Shown here: piece by piece, positions 61,484 to 64,000 of the stretch
How positions within the stretch are numbered: position 1 is the first letter of the stretch
Layout: each line of letters opens with the position of its first letter
Sequence record: MT612989.1
DNA: 64,000 nt
Direction: 5' to 3' (one strand)
Notes under the pieces: generated by a model
What the model saw: the letters and a program-made list of their open reading frames with translations, nothing else
What the model was told of the DNA's origin: nothing
The model's database searches: none
Made by a program: the position numbers and the translations under genes

Positions 61484-62704
61484 TTATTTTTTGACTCGTT
61501 TTGGCATATGACCACAACATTCATCAAGTATACCTTGTATTCGAGCAGCTTGATACGCACTAGATTTCTTCTGCCATTCTCGCCGAGTCTTGTACTTCAA
61601 TGCATCTTCTTTTAGACGTTCGGTTGTCCAATAACCACTCGGCTTTCTTGTAGTAGTCATATGAGAACAACATTCATCAATTATACCACGTTTTCGAGCA
61701 GTTTGATACGCACCACTAGAGTTCTTGTACCATTCATTTCGAGTTTTGTATTTCAATGCATCTTCTTTTAGACGTTCAAGTGTCCAATAACCACTCGGCT
61801 TCTGTCTTGTAGCGGGCATATGACCACAACATTCATCAATTATACCACGTTTTCGAGCAGCATCATAACCACTAGAGTTCTTCTGCCATTCATTTCGAGT
61901 TTTGTATTTCAATGCATCTTCTTTAAGACGTTCGGTTGTCCAATGCAACATATCACCACCAAGACTACCAGCCTTAGAACGATTCAAAATAACCCAATCG
62001 TTATTCGCGTAGTACTCAATATGTTCCGCCTCTGCAATCTGAGCAAGTTCCGGCTCCATGTAGTCAGTCAATCGCTCGAAAATCACATTCTCAATCCCAA
62101 CTCGCTCTATTAAATCTACAATCTGCGGCGTTCCTTTACGATGGTCGTGGAATCGTCTATCAGTATCATACGTCAACCCGATGTAAATCTCATTACCAGA
62201 ATATATACGATAGATACAACGCTTTGATAAATTCTTGACATTTGTCTTCATATGAGAACAACATTCATCAATTATACCACGTTGTTGAGCGGCACTATAA
62301 GCGCCACTAGAGTTCTTGGCCCATTCTCTGCGAGTCTTGTACTTCAATGCATCTTCTTTAAGACGTTCAAGTGTCCAATAACCACTCGCCTTCCTTGTAG
62401 TAGTCATATGAGAACAACATTCATCGATCAACCCATGATAATGAGCGGCACTATAAGCGCCACTAGAGTTCTTGTGCCATTCATTTCTGGTCTGGTATTT
62501 CAAAGCATCTTCTTTAAGACGTTCAAGTGTCCAATAACCCCTCGGCTTTACCAGTGCTGTCATATGACAGCAGCACTCATCAAGCAATCCTCTCTTATGA
62601 GCAGCATCATAACCACTACGTGATTTCTTCTGCCATTCACCACGAGTCTTGTACTTTAAAGCGTCTTCTTTAAGTAACCCAAGCGTCCATTTAATTCTAG
62701 CCAT
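61484..62704 (-). CDS. GIY-YIG endonuclease flanked by 52-aa repeats (3 + 3), paralog of 60337..61416
   Basis: CIY-RIYSGNE-IYIG, RRFHDH, E, N; six repeats; start MARIKW. Confidence 0.85.
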   Translation of the reverse strand: MARIKWTLGLLKEDALKYKTRGEWQKKSRSGYDAAHKRGLLDECCCHMTALVKPRGYWTLERLKEDALKYQTRNEWHKNSSGAYSAAHYHGLIDECCSHMTTTRKASGYWTLERLKEDALKYKTRREWAKNSSGAYSAAQQRGIIDECCSHMKTNVKNLSKRCIYRIYSGNEIYIGLTYDTDRRFHDHRKGTPQIVDLIERVGIENVIFERLTDYMEPELAQIAEAEHIEYYANNDWVILNRSKAGSLGGDMLHWTTERLKEDALKYKTRNEWQKNSSGYDAARKRGIIDECCGHMPATRQKPSGYWTLERLKEDALKYKTRNEWYKNSSGAYQTARKRGIIDECCSHMTTTRKPSGYWTTERLKEDALKYKTRREWQKKSSAYQAARIQGILDECCGHMPKRVKK

Positions 62705-62728
62705 AATATTCTCTAATTCAAAAACTGT

Positions 62729-62768
62729 AGAATACAAAAAAGGGCTGCATAGCGCAACCCCTTTCTTT
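62729..62768 (-). promoter_or_regulatory. Terminator-promoter fusion cassette T (TTGCGC-17-TATTCT)
   Basis: Hairpin 62742-62760, near-identical to R and S. Confidence 0.8.
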
Positions 62769-62773
62769 AACTT

Positions 62774-63385
62774 TTACGAATGAAGCTCTTCATCGTACTG
62801 ACTAGCAAGATAACGACCATCAATACGATAATCACCACAATCAGATACTAAACCATCTACACTAGAATCACCAACTGTAAACACAACTAGTTTACCATAC
62901 GTCTCAACGGCAATTTGTGTCGGACGAGATACAACAACTGTCGCGTCATGTGCATATGCCAATACACTATCGCTTTCGGCATAAATGTCTAGTATCTCAC
63001 CAACCACTAGCTCATGCTCTTCATCGACAAAATCAGTTTCTTTATACGTGTAAACAAGACGACCGCTCTTCCACTTACAAGGATACCAATCCCAATCTTT
63101 CGCAGATAGCTTCAGGCGTGCATCTACAGAGACTTTTTGACCATTAATCTTAGTCTCTCGCTGAACATTACCATTCACGCGCTCTTCTTCTACTGAATAA
63201 AACGAACCGTCATCACATACAAGCATATATGTCGGCTGCTCTACACCACGAATACCATCACCCGAATCAATGCAATTCAAATAACCAGACCATGTGTTGT
63301 AGTACGTCTCAACTCGCGATAAACTACCACTCGGCATAACCGCTTGCTTCTCTACTACCTTTTTGTTTCTTTCTACTCGTTTCAT
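62774..63385 (-). CDS. Hypothetical protein
   Basis: 203-aa Val/Asp-rich ORF. Confidence 0.65.
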   Translation of the reverse strand: MKRVERNKKVVEKQAVMPSGSLSRVETYYNTWSGYLNCIDSGDGIRGVEQPTYMLVCDDGSFYSVEEERVNGNVQRETKINGQKVSVDARLKLSAKDWDWYPCKWKSGRLVYTYKETDFVDEEHELVVGEILDIYAESDSVLAYAHDATVVVSRPTQIAVETYGKLVVFTVGDSSVDGLVSDCGDYRIDGRYLASQYDEELHS

Positions 63386-63456
63386 CTAATACCCCTTGGA
63401 AAAATTCTACATCACTGCAACGCTTATAATCATCTGCCAGTAACGGCAGACTACGT

Positions 63457-63786
63457 TCATATCTTAACCTTATTAATGTTCTCTATAATGTATTTCAACC
63501 AGCTCTTGCGCTCATATGCACGCAACTTACGACGCTCACAAGGCGGATGATACGCACAGATAAAAGAATAACAATCTTCTAACTCATTAGGCATATCACT
63601 CTGGCGTACATACATACGCTGCAAATGCTTTAATTTAAGCTTAATCAAGCTAACCATTTCTGAATTCACACCACGCTGCAACTCTAAACAGGTGTACACG
63701 CGATGCAACTCACCACAATTCAATAACTCTAGAGCACGAGCACGTACATGGCGATTCACTCTGTAATTCTTAAACAACATTACCAA
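63457..63786 (-). CDS. Fifth, diverged member of the YTC/RKAWLK family
   Basis: ARALELL...VYTC...SFI...RKSWLKYI. Confidence 0.65.
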   Translation of the reverse strand: MVMLFKNYRVNRHVRARALELLNCGELHRVYTCLELQRGVNSEMVSLIKLKLKHLQRMYVRQSDMPNELEDCYSFICAYHPPCERRKLRAYERKSWLKYIIENINKVKI

Positions 63787-64000
63787 TTACCAGTGAACAT
63801 CATTACACCACAGAACATCGTGGCGATTAATGCAAAGTCTAAAATACATGTACCAAGGTACAAGTCACTTGGTCGCTCACTGTATTGCATGTCGCGACTC
63901 ATATAAAACAAAGCTAATGTTATCATATCACCCCTCCCAAGGTGTTCAGTTGTCTTCTCATTCTCTCACATAATGCCGCTGGCTGTCAAGCAAGAAGATG

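Noticed and set aside
8004-62623. Most plus-strand ORFs in the minus-strand region (e.g. 8569..8889, 12381..12788, 13129..13596, 22409..22687, 36301..36687, 61820..62113, 62252..62623)
   Set aside because: They overlap real minus-strand genes and have the S/T/F-rich composition of antisense frames; only 19717..19947 fills a true gap.
60337-62737. 156-bp DNA repeats as a CRISPR array or non-coding repeat
   Set aside because: The repeats are in-frame protein repeats with synonymous variation, have no unique spacers of CRISPR size, and no cas genes are present.
14626-62737. Long N-terminal extensions in the ORF track (MTGVSPFLY..., MTDVSPFLYYSYIETT..., MKKRVALCSPFLY..., MRYAALFLYS..., MYSTVFELENI..., MTLPPAIADNSFIET...)
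   Set aside because: These are translations through the promoter cassettes; the true starts follow the SD leaders (15198, 34649, 60262, 61416, 62704, 59212).

Overview
Part of the genome of a large lytic T4-like myophage (Straboviridae type). The gene set most resembles the Vibrio phages KVP40/nt-1; this placement is inferred from gene content, not from a search. The window opens on the + strand with two tandem tail-fibre genes carrying S74 chaperone domains and a late holin-position gene. It then switches to a roughly 59 kb, mostly minus-strand early/middle region. Recognisable genes: tad2-like (DUF2829), asiA, phoH, an M15 endolysin, a probably virion-packaged ADP-ribosyltransferase-like protein, queE, topoisomerase gp52, an AAA+ ATPase, a Vs.1-like transglycosylase, nrdC/nrdB/nrdA, NAD salvage genes (nadV, pnuC, nadR), a PagP-like beta-barrel, a CYTH protein, denV, tk and a YkgJ-type Fe-S protein. 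More than 100 small hypothetical ORFs include several paralog families. The region is punctuated by about 19 related sigma70 promoter/leader cassettes; in 9 of them the -35 hexamer is built into the hairpin of an intrinsic terminator. The most striking element is at 60.3-62.7 kb: two tandem GIY-YIG nucleases, each embedded between arrays of a 52-aa repeat whose variation is confined to a few positions, with each gene bounded by near-identical cassettes. No tRNA, rRNA, CRISPR array or intron was seen. All family assignments come from motif recognition by eye; no database searches were run.
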